This document shows, one piece after another, positions 25,937 through 34,881 of a stretch of 64,000 nt of DNA. The notes beneath the pieces are model-generated. The model was not told the DNA's origin and did not search any database. It was given only the letters and a program-made list of their open reading frames with translations. The translations under genes and the position numbers were made by a program. Positions within the stretch are counted from its first letter, which is position 1. Every line of letters begins with the position of its first letter. The stretch comes from Deltaproteobacteria bacterium (GTDB taxonomy: Bacteria > Desulfobacterota > Desulfobacteria > Desulfobacterales > C00003060): positions 3,535 to 67,534 of the forward strand of contig JAFDKF010000028.1 in assembly GCA_019307135.1 (NCBI GenBank), written 5' to 3'.

Positions 25937-26073
25937 TCAATAGGTTCTAAAATTTCTGAGTAACTTCTCAAAAAGTTCGGGTATGTTTATTATGAGCCAG
26001 TTTGCTGGATGCCCGCTTTCGCGGGCATGACGGGGGATTTATTACATTCGTCATTCCTGCGAAGGCGGGAATC
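25937..26073. mobile_element. MITE-like element family A, right end truncated
   Basis: ttcaataggttctaaaatttctgagtaacttctcaaaaagttcgggta..ggatgcccgctttcgcgggcatgacg..gtcattcctgcgaaggcgggaatc. Its left flank is shared with the 18.3 kb copy. Confidence 0.6.
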
Positions 26074-26685
26074 ACGTCTAACCATATCACGGATGGACTT
26101 TATTGCCCTGCCAGGCAGCCATAGATCGCTCAGGGTCTTGCCCAGGGCAAGCCTTCTCCTCTCCTTATTGGTCATGCTCTCAGGGTTAAGCTTTCCTTTT
26201 ACCTTGAGAAAACCCATTCGGTCAATGCTCGCCAGGAAATCCTTGAGCTTCCCTGGCCGTGGGATGTAAAGGCATGATGCGAAGTCTACGAGGTACGGAA
26301 GCCCACTATCGTCTATGCCGTAATTTCTCCTGTTCCTCAGGTCCAGATGCAGAACCCCCCTCTGGTGCATCTGCTCAATAATCTTTGAGAGTTTCTCAAA
26401 GTAGGCGCCATCTGGCTTCTTTGTTGTCGCTCTGAGGTTTTCGCCCCCCATATAGGATGTGACGAGAGTGTACCTATCTGGCCTGCCGGTGAGCTTTGGT
26501 ATACCGGATATGTCCTTTAGCCTTGAGTAGATAAAAGCCTCCCAGGAGACGAGCAGTATCCCCATCATGCGCACAGGCCAGGCTTTGTTCCTGTAAGTCT
26601 TTTCCACAAGGCATCTGCCATCAAGACGCATCAATGAAACATCAGGCCCGTAGATACGTTTCTTTTTAAAGACCATCTGTGTCAT
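25990..26685 (-). CDS. small RIO/Kdo-kinase-like protein kinase fold
   Basis: VEKTY..(Lys), catalytic loop VLHLDLRNRRN and DFASC (DFG-like). The C-terminal ~20 codons and the stop lie in a MITE-like repeat. Confidence 0.55.
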   Translation of the reverse strand: MTQMVFKKKRIYGPDVSLMRLDGRCLVEKTYRNKAWPVRMMGILLVSWEAFIYSRLKDISGIPKLTGRPDRYTLVTSYMGGENLRATTKKPDGAYFEKLSKIIEQMHQRGVLHLDLRNRRNYGIDDSGLPYLVDFASCLYIPRPGKLKDFLASIDRMGFLKVKGKLNPESMTNKERRRLALGKTLSDLWLPGRAIKSIRDMVRRDSRLRRNDECNKSPVMPAKAGIQQTGS

Positions 26686-26748
26686 ATGTTCACCAGGTAT
26701 CTCATTTCCTCTGTTGACAAGAACCTAGCTCCGCTTCGCTACGCAACT

Positions 26749-26838
26749 GGCCTCCGGCCGGTAGGCTTCCGGCCTCCGGCTCGTAGAGCCTACGCCTCGG
26801 AGAGCTCGTAGAGCCTACAGCTCGGAGAGGCCTACGCC
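26749..26838. repeat. direct word repeats (cctccggcc x2, tcgtagagcctac x2, ctcggagag x2)
   Basis: Read directly in the spacer between the kinase-like and SGNH genes. Confidence 0.5.
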
Positions 26839-28295
26839 CCGGAGGGAATAGTAGAACGGAAGTACCTCGACAATTCTTCGGCCACCGCAACGTGCCCAAG
26901 GGGGGTCCAATGCTGGTCGTAGGTGTAGTAAACCTGACGACCTCGCGCCGCCAGGCTCTGCAGCGCAGCGGTGGCGCTAACAAATCCGACGCCCTGGCTT
27001 TGGCAAAACTCGCGCAGGACATTCTCCTGGGAGTCCAGTCGGTCGTACAGTTTCTTCTTGAATTCTTTCGGCGCAGGCAGCCCGCGTTTTTTGAGTGAAG
27101 CAAACCCGTGCAGATGTTCCGGCGAAATATTTTCTTTTACCAGGGGCATTACTACATGGGGTTTACTCGGAGCGTATGCGAAAACCAGGCGGATCGTCTC
27201 CCGATCGCAGAGATCCTTGATCATTTTAAAAACCTTGACCGTGCTGGTCCAGCCGAAGGATTGGCGAAACTCGCATTCGGTCCAGTATAGGCGCATGAGA
27301 CGCTTGGGCTTGAAAGCGTAATATCTGGCACCAGGACCCGGTGGCACCGCAACGGGCATCCAGGAAAGTATTTCAGCACCCCGAACCGGGCCGTCGGCAT
27401 TGATAGGACCCAGGTGCTTGATAAAACCGGTTTTGAAACCTATTACAACGGGGGAGTATTTGATGGCTTTCACAATCCGTTTATCCAAAGGTTGGCCCGG
27501 GTTGCTCGAACCCTTTTCAAGCCTGACGCCTTTGAAGTCATTTCCTTCGTAAATCATGAAGATGGCCACCTTTGGTTTGAGGTCCAGGCCAAACGCCCGA
27601 AACGTGTTAAGATAATAGTCCGGCCGGCCACCCGAAATCCCCAAATTGTAGACGCTGCGGTTCAGTTTTTTCCCCAGGAGAACTGGCCACGGTTCATCGT
27701 CGGACACCCGTGACCCCTCTGTGAAGGAATCACCCATTGTCACAATATCATACTGTTCAAGGCTGGTGAGGTTCCGGTATCCACGGACATCGGTTGTTAG
27801 GGTGACGTCAACCGTAGGGTATCCTGCCGCGGGGTCGGGATAGGAGCGGGCAGTAGGTGGGGCGTCGGTGTAACGAATTTTATAGAAACTGTTAGGGGGA
27901 CGGTGACGTACGACATCATGAACGCGCTCCCCGGGCCAATTTTTTCTGAACTTAACTTGCTTTTCGATATAACGCGGTTTGCGAATAAGCTGACTCAGGA
28001 CATGGATCGCCAGCGTTGCAAGGATAACCGAGAACACGAGGGCTGCAACGCGAAAGGCCACTTGTTTCCCGCTGAGCTTCATTGAGGCCCAAAGGGCATA
28101 AGCAACCAGCCAGAGGATTGGCGTGAGGAAAAAGAGAATAGAAAACCACTCCACGGAGTATCTGCCAAGCAGGACATGGCGGTGTTCCGCGATTAGCTCC
28201 ACGACATTGCTGGGAAAAAGCCAAATGCAGAAACTGAGCGAGGCAATACCTAACGCCAAATAGATTTTAACCCGTTTTCCCTTTACCTTTTCCAT
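26832..28295 (-). CDS. membrane-anchored SGNH/GDSL-type hydrolase or acyltransferase (AlgJ/AlgX-like)
   Basis: Three N-terminal TM helices. SGNH blocks MGDSFTEG (I), NLGISGG (II), EGND (III) and YDQHWTPLGH (V, DxxH/DxHW as in AlgJ). Confidence 0.6.
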   Translation of the reverse strand: MEKVKGKRVKIYLALGIASLSFCIWLFPSNVVELIAEHRHVLLGRYSVEWFSILFFLTPILWLVAYALWASMKLSGKQVAFRVAALVFSVILATLAIHVLSQLIRKPRYIEKQVKFRKNWPGERVHDVVRHRPPNSFYKIRYTDAPPTARSYPDPAAGYPTVDVTLTTDVRGYRNLTSLEQYDIVTMGDSFTEGSRVSDDEPWPVLLGKKLNRSVYNLGISGGRPDYYLNTFRAFGLDLKPKVAIFMIYEGNDFKGVRLEKGSSNPGQPLDKRIVKAIKYSPVVIGFKTGFIKHLGPINADGPVRGAEILSWMPVAVPPGPGARYYAFKPKRLMRLYWTECEFRQSFGWTSTVKVFKMIKDLCDRETIRLVFAYAPSKPHVVMPLVKENISPEHLHGFASLKKRGLPAPKEFKKKLYDRLDSQENVLREFCQSQGVGFVSATAALQSLAARGRQVYYTYDQHWTPLGHVAVAEELSRYFRSTIPSGA

Positions 28296-28323
28296 CCAGC
28301 AATTCTTTCGCCATTTATTTTTC

Positions 28324-28427
28324 GTAACCGTTCACAGGTTCACCGTTCACCGTTCAGATTTTCGGTGAACCCTGAACCCTGAACCCTAAACCCTGAACCC
28401 TGAACCTCTGAACCCGTGAACGGTTAC
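28324..28427. repeat. GTTCAC-family palindromic element, compact 104-bp copy
   Basis: Perfect 12-nt termini gtaaccgttcac / gtgaacggttac. The arms are made of ggttcac and gaaccct heptamers. Confidence 0.8.
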
Positions 28428-28438
28428 AAAAGTTGTTT

Positions 28439-28597
28439 CTAAAACAATGCATAGATAAATGGTGCTACTGCACTGCTCTCCGTAAAAACGATCAGGGCAC
28501 CCAAAAGAACTAGAACCAGCACAATGGGCAACAACCAATAGCGCTTTCCAACCTTCAAGAATTCCCAGAATTCGGCTATGATGGATTGATTCGCCAT
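28439..28597 (-). CDS. DUF5989-family small membrane protein
   Basis: ORF 28439..28672 trimmed to ATG 28597. MANQSIIAEFWEFLKVGKRYWLLPIVLVLVLLGALIVFTESSAVAPFIYALF matches the DUF5989 consensus I recall (..KKFWLLPII..LGGL.V...S.VAPFIYTLF). Confidence 0.65.
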   Translation of the reverse strand: MANQSIIAEFWEFLKVGKRYWLLPIVLVLVLLGALIVFTESSAVAPFIYALF

Positions 28598-28614
28598 GTC
28601 TCTCTCCCTAACCC

Positions 28615-28803
28615 GGATAAACCGGAAATCCGAAGCACGAAATTCGAAACTCGAAACAAATCCAAAATCCAAATCTTCGAATGTTCAAAACATGGAATCT
28701 AAACTATTCGAGATAATTATGGTTGTGGATTCAGTTTTGGTCATTTGAATTTTGAAAATTGAAAATTTGTTTCGGATTTCGATATTCGGATTTCGAATTT
28801 ATT
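28615..28803. repeat. CGAAATCCGAA-family palindromic element, copy 1
   Basis: Left arm ataaaccggaaatccgaagcacgaaattcgaaa, right arm tttcggatttcgatattcggatttcgaatttatt. Confidence 0.7.
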
Positions 28804-28840
28804 TTCTCCCATAAAAAGTACGAAATAAATTATTAACGGA

Positions 28841-29242
28841 TTAATACCGTTTTAGAAACCGTTCCTTGGGTTGTACAGGCTCAGTGCGGTCTACCCAGTA
28901 AGACGAAGCCTTTTTGTCAGGCATGACAGGAAGTGGACGTCCACCGAAGATCCGCTTTATGAGAGCCGAAGGGGTAATCACCAGATAATATGCCAGGGTG
29001 AGCATCAGGATGGTTACGATTGTGCCCAGGAAGTGAGCAATCTTTAGCCAGCCAACATAGACAGGCTTTAGACGGGAAGGAATCACTATGAAACCACACC
29101 CTAAAATAGACAATAAACCAAAGAGGCAAGTAGGAAGAAGCTTTTCGCTCCAAAGCCCCAAAGCGCACAGACACCCGAACAAAACAAAGGCAACGAGTCC
29201 GAATTTCCGGGTTTCTTTGCTATTAGTCGAGGTCCAGTTCAT
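28841..29242 (-). CDS. SxtJ-family membrane protein
   Basis: ORF trimmed to ATG 29242. RKFGLVAF..GLW..LKPVYVGWLKIAHFLGTIVT..YYLVITPSALIKRIFGGRPL..SYW fits SxtJ. Overlaps the carbamoyltransferase stop. Confidence 0.65.
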   Translation of the reverse strand: MNWTSTNSKETRKFGLVAFVLFGCLCALGLWSEKLLPTCLFGLLSILGCGFIVIPSRLKPVYVGWLKIAHFLGTIVTILMLTLAYYLVITPSALIKRIFGGRPLPVMPDKKASSYWVDRTEPVQPKERFLKRY

Positions 29243-31049
29243 TACGCCAGTCTTCACTTTCCTCCCAGGACGGTTGTTCTTTCTTAAATAGCATACAATC
29301 TTCCATGACCAGTACGTCCATCTCGGTCCGCATAAAACACCGGTAAGCATCTTCCGGCGTACAGATGATGGGTTCGCCTCGGACGTTGAAACTCGTATTG
29401 ACTATCACGGCACAACCGGTCAATCTCTCAAATTCTGAGATGATGGCATGGTAGTCCGGCTTCTGGTTTTGATTCACTGTCTGGAGGCGAGCCGAATAAT
29501 CCAGGTGAGTCACAGCGGGCATGTCGCTTCTTTTCACCTTGAGGCGCTCCAGCATTGAGATCCCCTCGCTGGAAGGCTGAGGAAGACGTCTTCCCTCTCT
29601 GACACTTGCTACTAGAAGCATATACGGGGTTGGCCTGTCTATGTCAAAGTATTCGGATGCCTTTTCCTCTAATACAGAAGGGGCAAAAGGCCTGAAAGAT
29701 TCGCGATACTTTATTTTGAGGTTCATGACGGTCTGGGTATCTTCCCGCCTGGGGTCTCCAAGAATGCTTCTTGCCCCCAAAGCCCTTGGCCCAAACTCCA
29801 TCCGTCCCGTCATATATCCCACGATCTTTCCTTCAGTGATCTGCTCGGCAATGATTTCGGCTCTCTTACCCGAGTCGAGTTCATGATACGGGCAATCTTT
29901 ACTTTCGAGGAAGGATTTGACTGTTTCATTGGAAAAAGAAGGTCCAAGATATGATCCTTGCTGGCTATCATGTCCGGTAGCATTTGGCCTTTCATTTCCG
30001 AGATATCGGTGCCAAACGGATAGGGCTGCCCCCAGCGCTCCACCGGCATCGCCAGCAGCAGGCTGTATCCAGATATCTTCAAAAGGACCTTCCCTCAGTA
30101 TGCGGCCGTTAGCAACGCAGTTAAGGGCCACTCCGCCTGCAAGGCACAGATTCTTTTGATTCGTTTTTTTGTGAACATGGTTTGCCATTCTTAAGACGGT
30201 CTCTTCGGTAACGGCTTGAATACTTGCCGCAATGTCCATTTCCCTTTGGGTGATATCCGTTTCGGGTTTGCGGCAAGGTCCACCAAAGAGTTTGGCAAAG
30301 CGCCTGTTCGTCATGCGCAGGCCGCCCAGGAAATCAAAGTAAGAAAGATTTAACCGGATGGAGCCATCTTCTTTCAGATCTACCAGTTCCGAGAGGATGA
30401 GATCTTTGTACCGAGGCACGCCGTATGGGGCCAGGCCCATGAGCTTGTATTCGCCCGAGTTTACTTTGAACCCAGTAAAATAAGTAAAGGCAGAATAAAG
30501 CAACCCTAGAGAATCGGGGAAATGGAGTTCTTTTAGCAAAGTGATGTCCTTATCCTTTCCAAACCCGCAACTTGCGGTGGCCCATTCCCCAACGCCGTCA
30601 ATGGTCAAAATGGCTGCCTCGTTAAAAGGCGATGGATAAAAGGCGGAGGCGGCGTGGGCTTCATGGTGCTCCGTAAAGAGGACATCCCCTTCATAGCCTG
30701 TTTCTCTTTGAATGACTTTGGGAATGTGTAGCTTCTGACCAAGCCACAGAGGCATGGCTTCCAGCCACGATCGAAGGCCTCTAGGAGCTACCGTCAAGTA
30801 ACTCATAAGGAGACGCTCGAAAGTCAGGAAGGGTTTGTCATAGAAAACTACGTAATTCACGTCTTGAATCGTAATGCTTGCTTCATCCAAACAGTATTTG
30901 ATCGCATTCTTCGGGAATTTTGGATCGTGCTTTTTTCGTGTAAATCGTTCCTCTTGGACGGCGGCCAGAATATTGCCGTCTCGGACAAGACAGGCGGCGC
31001 TGTCATGGTACAAGCAGGAAATGCCGAGTATGTATATGTTATCCCACAT
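29223..31049 (-). CDS. NodU/CmcH-family carbamoyltransferase
   Basis: ILGISCLYHDSAACLVRDG..AAVQEERFTRKKHD, HHEAHAASAF, GGVALNCVANG and NTSFNVRGEPI form the full-length two-domain (Kae1-like plus YrdC-like C-terminal) pattern. Confidence 0.9.
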   Translation of the reverse strand: MWDNIYILGISCLYHDSAACLVRDGNILAAVQEERFTRKKHDPKFPKNAIKYCLDEASITIQDVNYVVFYDKPFLTFERLLMSYLTVAPRGLRSWLEAMPLWLGQKLHIPKVIQRETGYEGDVLFTEHHEAHAASAFYPSPFNEAAILTIDGVGEWATASCGFGKDKDITLLKELHFPDSLGLLYSAFTYFTGFKVNSGEYKLMGLAPYGVPRYKDLILSELVDLKEDGSIRLNLSYFDFLGGLRMTNRRFAKLFGGPCRKPETDITQREMDIAASIQAVTEETVLRMANHVHKKTNQKNLCLAGGVALNCVANGRILREGPFEDIWIQPAAGDAGGALGAALSVWHRYLGNERPNATGHDSQQGSYLGPSFSNETVKSFLESKDCPYHELDSGKRAEIIAEQITEGKIVGYMTGRMEFGPRALGARSILGDPRREDTQTVMNLKIKYRESFRPFAPSVLEEKASEYFDIDRPTPYMLLVASVREGRRLPQPSSEGISMLERLKVKRSDMPAVTHLDYSARLQTVNQNQKPDYHAIISEFERLTGCAVIVNTSFNVRGEPIICTPEDAYRCFMRTEMDVLVMEDCMLFKKEQPSWEESEDWRNELDLD

Positions 31050-31052
31050 TAT

Positions 31053-31226
31053 TCAGCTTTCTATCGGCTTTGCTTCATCGATGAGCATGATGGGAATGTC
31101 ATCCTTTATTTCATAAAGGAGTTTGCACTTGTCACAGATAAGTCCATCTTTTGTTTCATTCAGATAAATGTCCCCTTTGCATTTGGGACAGGCCAAGATA
31201 TCCAACAACTCCTGACTGATTGCCAT
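31053..31226 (-). CDS. Trm112/YcaR (UPF0434) zinc-ribbon protein, 57 aa
   Basis: Below the ORF-track size cutoff. My translation is MAISQELLDILACPKCKGDIYLNETKDGLICDKCKLLYEIKDDIPIMLIDEAKPIES. GGAGG RBS upstream. E. coli ycaR sits beside lpxK/kdsB. Confidence 0.75.
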   Translation of the reverse strand: MAISQELLDILACPKCKGDIYLNETKDGLICDKCKLLYEIKDDIPIMLIDEAKPIES

Positions 31227-31260
31227 GATTTTACCTCCTTTTGTAAAAAAACGGTTAAAT

Positions 31261-31555
31261 GGTTGAGTAGTCGAGTGGTCAAGTGGTCAAGTGGTCAAGT
31301 GGTCAAGTGGTCACTTGTCACTTGTCACTTGTCACTTGTCACTTGTCACTTGTCACTTGTTATTTGTTATTTGTCATTTGTTATTTGTCATTTGTTATCA
31401 GGGAAAGTGAGCTAAAGTGAGCTAAAGTGCCTAAAGTTGAAAACCCCAATTCCGCATTCCGTACTCTTTTCAAGGCGTGAGCCGCAAATCCGCATTCCGT
31501 ACGTTCCTGGTTCACAAACAACCACTCAACTACTCAACTACTCGACCACTCAACC
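31261..31555. repeat. composite microsatellite mosaic inside a GGTTGAG-word hairpin
   Basis: Outer arms ggttgagtagtcgagtggtc / actactcgaccactcaacc. The interior holds (ggtcaagt)x4, (gtcactt)x6, (gttattt/gtcattt)x5, (gagctaaagt)x2+gcctaaagt and ccgcattccgtac x2. Confidence 0.8.
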
Positions 31556-32487
31556 AGATCCCGGATCCACTCATACTCCGTTAGGAGCCCCTCTTGGATC
31601 AACACTTTCGGCTTATATCCCAGTTTTTCTTTAGCCTTGGTCATATCGGCCATGGTGTGCCGCACATCCCCCTTTTGCTTAGCCTGATAGTCTATCTCCA
31701 GTTCTCTGCCCGCTATCTCCTTTATTATTTCAATGACCCCATTCAGAGTAATACGTGAGCCTCCCCCAATATTGAATACCTCGCCTGGAAGAGCTTTTTC
31801 TAAAGCCAGCCAGTTTGCCTCTACAATATCGTCCACGTGAGTGAAGTCTCTGCTCTGTTCACCATCCCCGTATACCTTAAGAGGTTTGTCCTGCAAGGCC
31901 CATGTAAAGAAGCGATGAAAGGCCATGTCTGGTCGCTGCCGGGCACCATAAACCGTGAAATATCGCAGTGAAACCGCTGGTATTCCAAAATTTTTGCAGT
32001 AAAGAAAACAAAGGTGTTCTGCAGCCAACTTTGAAACACCATACGGGGAAACCGGACACGGCAGGGAAGATTCCCTCATGGGAAGATCTCTGGTATCTCC
32101 GTAAACCGAAGAGGAGGAAGCATAAACAAATTTGTTGACAGGTCTTTCCCTGCATGCCTCAAGGAGCATCTGGGTGGCAACAATATTGTTATCAGAGTAA
32201 ATCTTAAAGTTTTGTCCCCAACTTGCCCGCACCCCCGCCTGGGCCGCTTGATGAAAAACGACATCAACCCCGTCCAAAAGCTTTGTCAAGTCCACTTGAA
32301 CAAGGCTCGCTTCAACAAACTCAAAATTCTGATGCTTCCTCAAATCAGCAATACTTGCTTCCTTTATGGATCTAGGATAGTAATCCATAAAATTATCGAT
32401 GCCTACAACCTCAAATCCTTTTTCAATCAAATATTCGCACAAATGCGATCCAATAAAACCAGCCGCCCCTGTCACTAAAGACTTCAT
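31534..32487 (-). CDS. NAD-dependent nucleotide-sugar epimerase/dehydratase (extended SDR)
   Basis: MKSLVTGAAGFIGSHL (GxxGxxG), SSSSVYG and YGVSKLAAE (YxxxK). The stop codon lies in a repeat arm. Confidence 0.85.
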   Translation of the reverse strand: MKSLVTGAAGFIGSHLCEYLIEKGFEVVGIDNFMDYYPRSIKEASIADLRKHQNFEFVEASLVQVDLTKLLDGVDVVFHQAAQAGVRASWGQNFKIYSDNNIVATQMLLEACRERPVNKFVYASSSSVYGDTRDLPMRESSLPCPVSPYGVSKLAAEHLCFLYCKNFGIPAVSLRYFTVYGARQRPDMAFHRFFTWALQDKPLKVYGDGEQSRDFTHVDDIVEANWLALEKALPGEVFNIGGGSRITLNGVIEIIKEIAGRELEIDYQAKQKGDVRHTMADMTKAKEKLGYKPKVLIQEGLLTEYEWIRDLVEWSSS

Positions 32488-32569
32488 TTTGCCCCCCCCC
32501 CTTTTGCAACCTCGAGGTTAAAGAAAGCTCCATTTACTCTTGCTGTTAACTCATTATTTTGGGATGAAT

Positions 32570-33685
32570 CTAAGGGATAATTTGGCTCTTTAAATACCTT
32601 GTAAAGGCTTCTATATCATCCCCAAACGAGATGGAAATCGCAAGAACAAAGAGTTGCGGCATTGATGGAATCTCCGTCAAAATATTCACGTAATCCTTCT
32701 CGGTCGTGATGATGTTGTCCACATTCAGGTCCCTGGCCCTTCTCCAAATGAGCCCCAGATCGTGATGGGCGTACCGATGATGGTCCGGAAACTCCAAGAA
32801 ACCAGCGACATGGCCTTCAAGCTTGGCAATGGTTTCACGAAAGAACTCATTTCGGGCAATACCAGAAAAAGCAAAAAGCCTTCGTCCCTTCAAACTCGCT
32901 AGATCGAGGGCCTTCTTTCGGGCAGGCACAAACAGCGTTTCAGGTACATGCATGCACCTGAAAATCGGACGCCCCTGGACATAGGGCTCAATCATAGAGC
33001 TCCCTCGAGTCAAATTGCTGTCTTCTGTCCATCGAGTTAGGACGAAGGCACTGGCTCGTTTTATCTGTTCCACAGGTTCCCGCAGTGTGCCCCTTGGAAT
33101 GCAATAGCCATTGCCAAAGGGCCGTGTGCTGTCTAAAAGCAATAGGTCTAAATCCCTTTTCAAAGGCAAGTGCTGAAACGCATCGTCAAGGACCAGGACT
33201 GATGCGCCGAACCTGCTAATGGCCCGTCTGCCAGCCCGATAGCGGTCCTTTCCCACGAGCAAAGGGGTCCCCTTGAGCTTTGAGGCAAGGAGTTGCGGTT
33301 CGTCACCCGATGCCCGCAGTCCCATAAATGTGGTCTTACCATCTGACACAATTCCTCCGGAACGTTGTGTATAACCACCATATCCCCTGCTGATGACAGC
33401 TACCTTTAGGCCAAGCCCTTTCAATAGACTTGACACATAGTGCACCATAGGGGTCTTTCCAGTGCCGCCCATGGTTATATTGCCTATGGATACAACCTTG
33501 CACGGGAGACTCTTCTGCTCAAGAATACCATTCTCGTAGAGATGTATCCTGGATCTTGCCGCCAGTTGGTATACCTGGGAACATGCGTAAAGTACCCATT
33601 CAGAAGGTGATGAAAAGGCCGATTCAGCAACATCCCCTTGAGTCATCACCCGCTGTATGGAATTGCGGATTAAGGAAAAGCCCAT
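32570..33685 (-). CDS. lpxK: tetraacyldisaccharide 4'-kinase
   Basis: VVSIGNITMGGTGKTPMV P-loop, ISRGYGG, GDEP and VLDDAFQH. Confidence 0.9.
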   Translation of the reverse strand: MGFSLIRNSIQRVMTQGDVAESAFSSPSEWVLYACSQVYQLAARSRIHLYENGILEQKSLPCKVVSIGNITMGGTGKTPMVHYVSSLLKGLGLKVAVISRGYGGYTQRSGGIVSDGKTTFMGLRASGDEPQLLASKLKGTPLLVGKDRYRAGRRAISRFGASVLVLDDAFQHLPLKRDLDLLLLDSTRPFGNGYCIPRGTLREPVEQIKRASAFVLTRWTEDSNLTRGSSMIEPYVQGRPIFRCMHVPETLFVPARKKALDLASLKGRRLFAFSGIARNEFFRETIAKLEGHVAGFLEFPDHHRYAHHDLGLIWRRARDLNVDNIITTEKDYVNILTEIPSMPQLFVLAISISFGDDIEAFTRYLKSQIIP

Positions 33686-33698
33686 ACGTCAACCATGT

Positions 33699-34775
33699 TC
33701 AACTGGTATTGAGTAGCATGAGGGTGCCAAGACATGCAAATATGGCGTTGGTTAACCAGGCGGCTATCATTGGTGGCAATATCTCGCCATATCCCAAGGA
33801 TAAACAGAAGCTGTAAAGGGTCCAGTAAAGGAATGCCATCCCAATACCGTAAACAACACTACTGGCAAACCCTTCTTTCTTTTTTCTCCACAAGGCCAGG
33901 CCAGTCCCCACAATGCTCATGATAACACAAACAAGTGGAAAAGCTATTTTGGCGTTGAGGTCCACCCTGTAGCTGGTGGCATCGTATCCTTCTTCTTCCA
34001 CCTCCTGTATGTATGCAGACAGCTCACCATAACTCATTTCTTCACACTTCTTCACCACCCTCTTCAGGTCTTCGGGAACAAATTCAAGCCTTGCAGGACT
34101 TTCTACCCGATAGGTTACTTTGTAGCTTCTATCATCCTTCACCAGGTCCTGCTCGACAACATTGAACAAATGCCATCTTCCTCCCTTGTAAACACCCTTT
34201 TGAGCATCAATCCGCTTTGTCAGGCGGAAGCCCTCGTCAAAATAATTCAGTGTTACGCCGAATATAGTCTCATTAGAGGGCTTAAAATATGTAATGTGGG
34301 AAATGGAGCGATTACCTTTGATCCAGATATTCTTTTCCCTGGAAGTAACCGCAGATTCTTTTTTGACTTCACTGTGCCATATTTTATTTGCTCTCCCCAT
34401 AGTTATCGGGACCAACACCTCGCAAAAGAAGAAAAGCAGAGCACTGAATATCAGCCCCAGAACAAGGACAGGCTTGAACAGATAAAAAACGCTCACCCCA
34501 CCACTTTTCAAGGCTACTATCTCATTACTGTTGACCATTAGGCCAAAGACTATGAGCACAGCCAGCAACACCCCCACTGGCGTTATCTGTGCCACTATAA
34601 AAGGAATCTTGAGCGCAAAAAAAGCAAGGGCCCTTGAGATGGGCAGCCTGGCCTCCAGAAAATTGTCGATCTTTCCAAAAAAATCGACGGCCATATATAT
34701 GCCCACGACAGTGGCCACGACTATACAAAAATACTTCAGTAATTCCCTGGTCAGGTACTTGTGAATTATCGTCAT
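33699..34775 (-). CDS. lptG: LPS export ABC permease LptG
   Basis: ORF 33699..34901 trimmed to ATG 34775 (MTIIHKYLTRELLKYF). YjgP/YjgQ family, 6 TM plus a periplasmic beta-jellyroll. Second of the lptF-lptG pair. Confidence 0.75.
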   Translation of the reverse strand: MTIIHKYLTRELLKYFCIVVATVVGIYMAVDFFGKIDNFLEARLPISRALAFFALKIPFIVAQITPVGVLLAVLIVFGLMVNSNEIVALKSGGVSVFYLFKPVLVLGLIFSALLFFFCEVLVPITMGRANKIWHSEVKKESAVTSREKNIWIKGNRSISHITYFKPSNETIFGVTLNYFDEGFRLTKRIDAQKGVYKGGRWHLFNVVEQDLVKDDRSYKVTYRVESPARLEFVPEDLKRVVKKCEEMSYGELSAYIQEVEEEGYDATSYRVDLNAKIAFPLVCVIMSIVGTGLALWRKKKEGFASSVVYGIGMAFLYWTLYSFCLSLGYGEILPPMIAAWLTNAIFACLGTLMLLNTS

Positions 34776-34776
34776 A

Positions 34777-34881
34777 GTTACCGTTCGCCGTTCACTGTTA
34801 ACCGTTGTCCGCCTTATCGAGCGCATCTGGTCATTACGACCTTCTGTTTGTCGGTGAACGGAAAACGGTGAACGGTCAACC
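34777..34881. repeat. GTTCAC-word hairpin exactly filling the lptF-lptG junction
   Basis: Arms gttaccgttcgccgttcactgttaaccgttg / cggtgaacggaaaacggtgaacggtcaacc. Contains the lptF TGA and ends 2 nt from the lptG ATG. Confidence 0.7.

Noticed and set aside
30864-31415. ORFs that translate repeat DNA (30864..31415 SSGQVVKWSLVTCHLSLVTCH; 52203..52400 NKHNKHNKHNKH; 19357..19596; 24988..25218; 26702..27103; 50217..50651).
   Set aside because: The peptide periodicity simply mirrors the nucleotide word repeats. There is no RBS or family similarity, and several overlap real genes.
31261-31437. Possible CRISPR array suggested by many regularly repeated short units (also 52227-52305, 58811-58857, 23615-23660).
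   Set aside because: Units are 7-12 nt and directly abutting, with no unique spacers of 25-40 nt. No cas genes are present. These are microsatellite or word arrays, not CRISPR.
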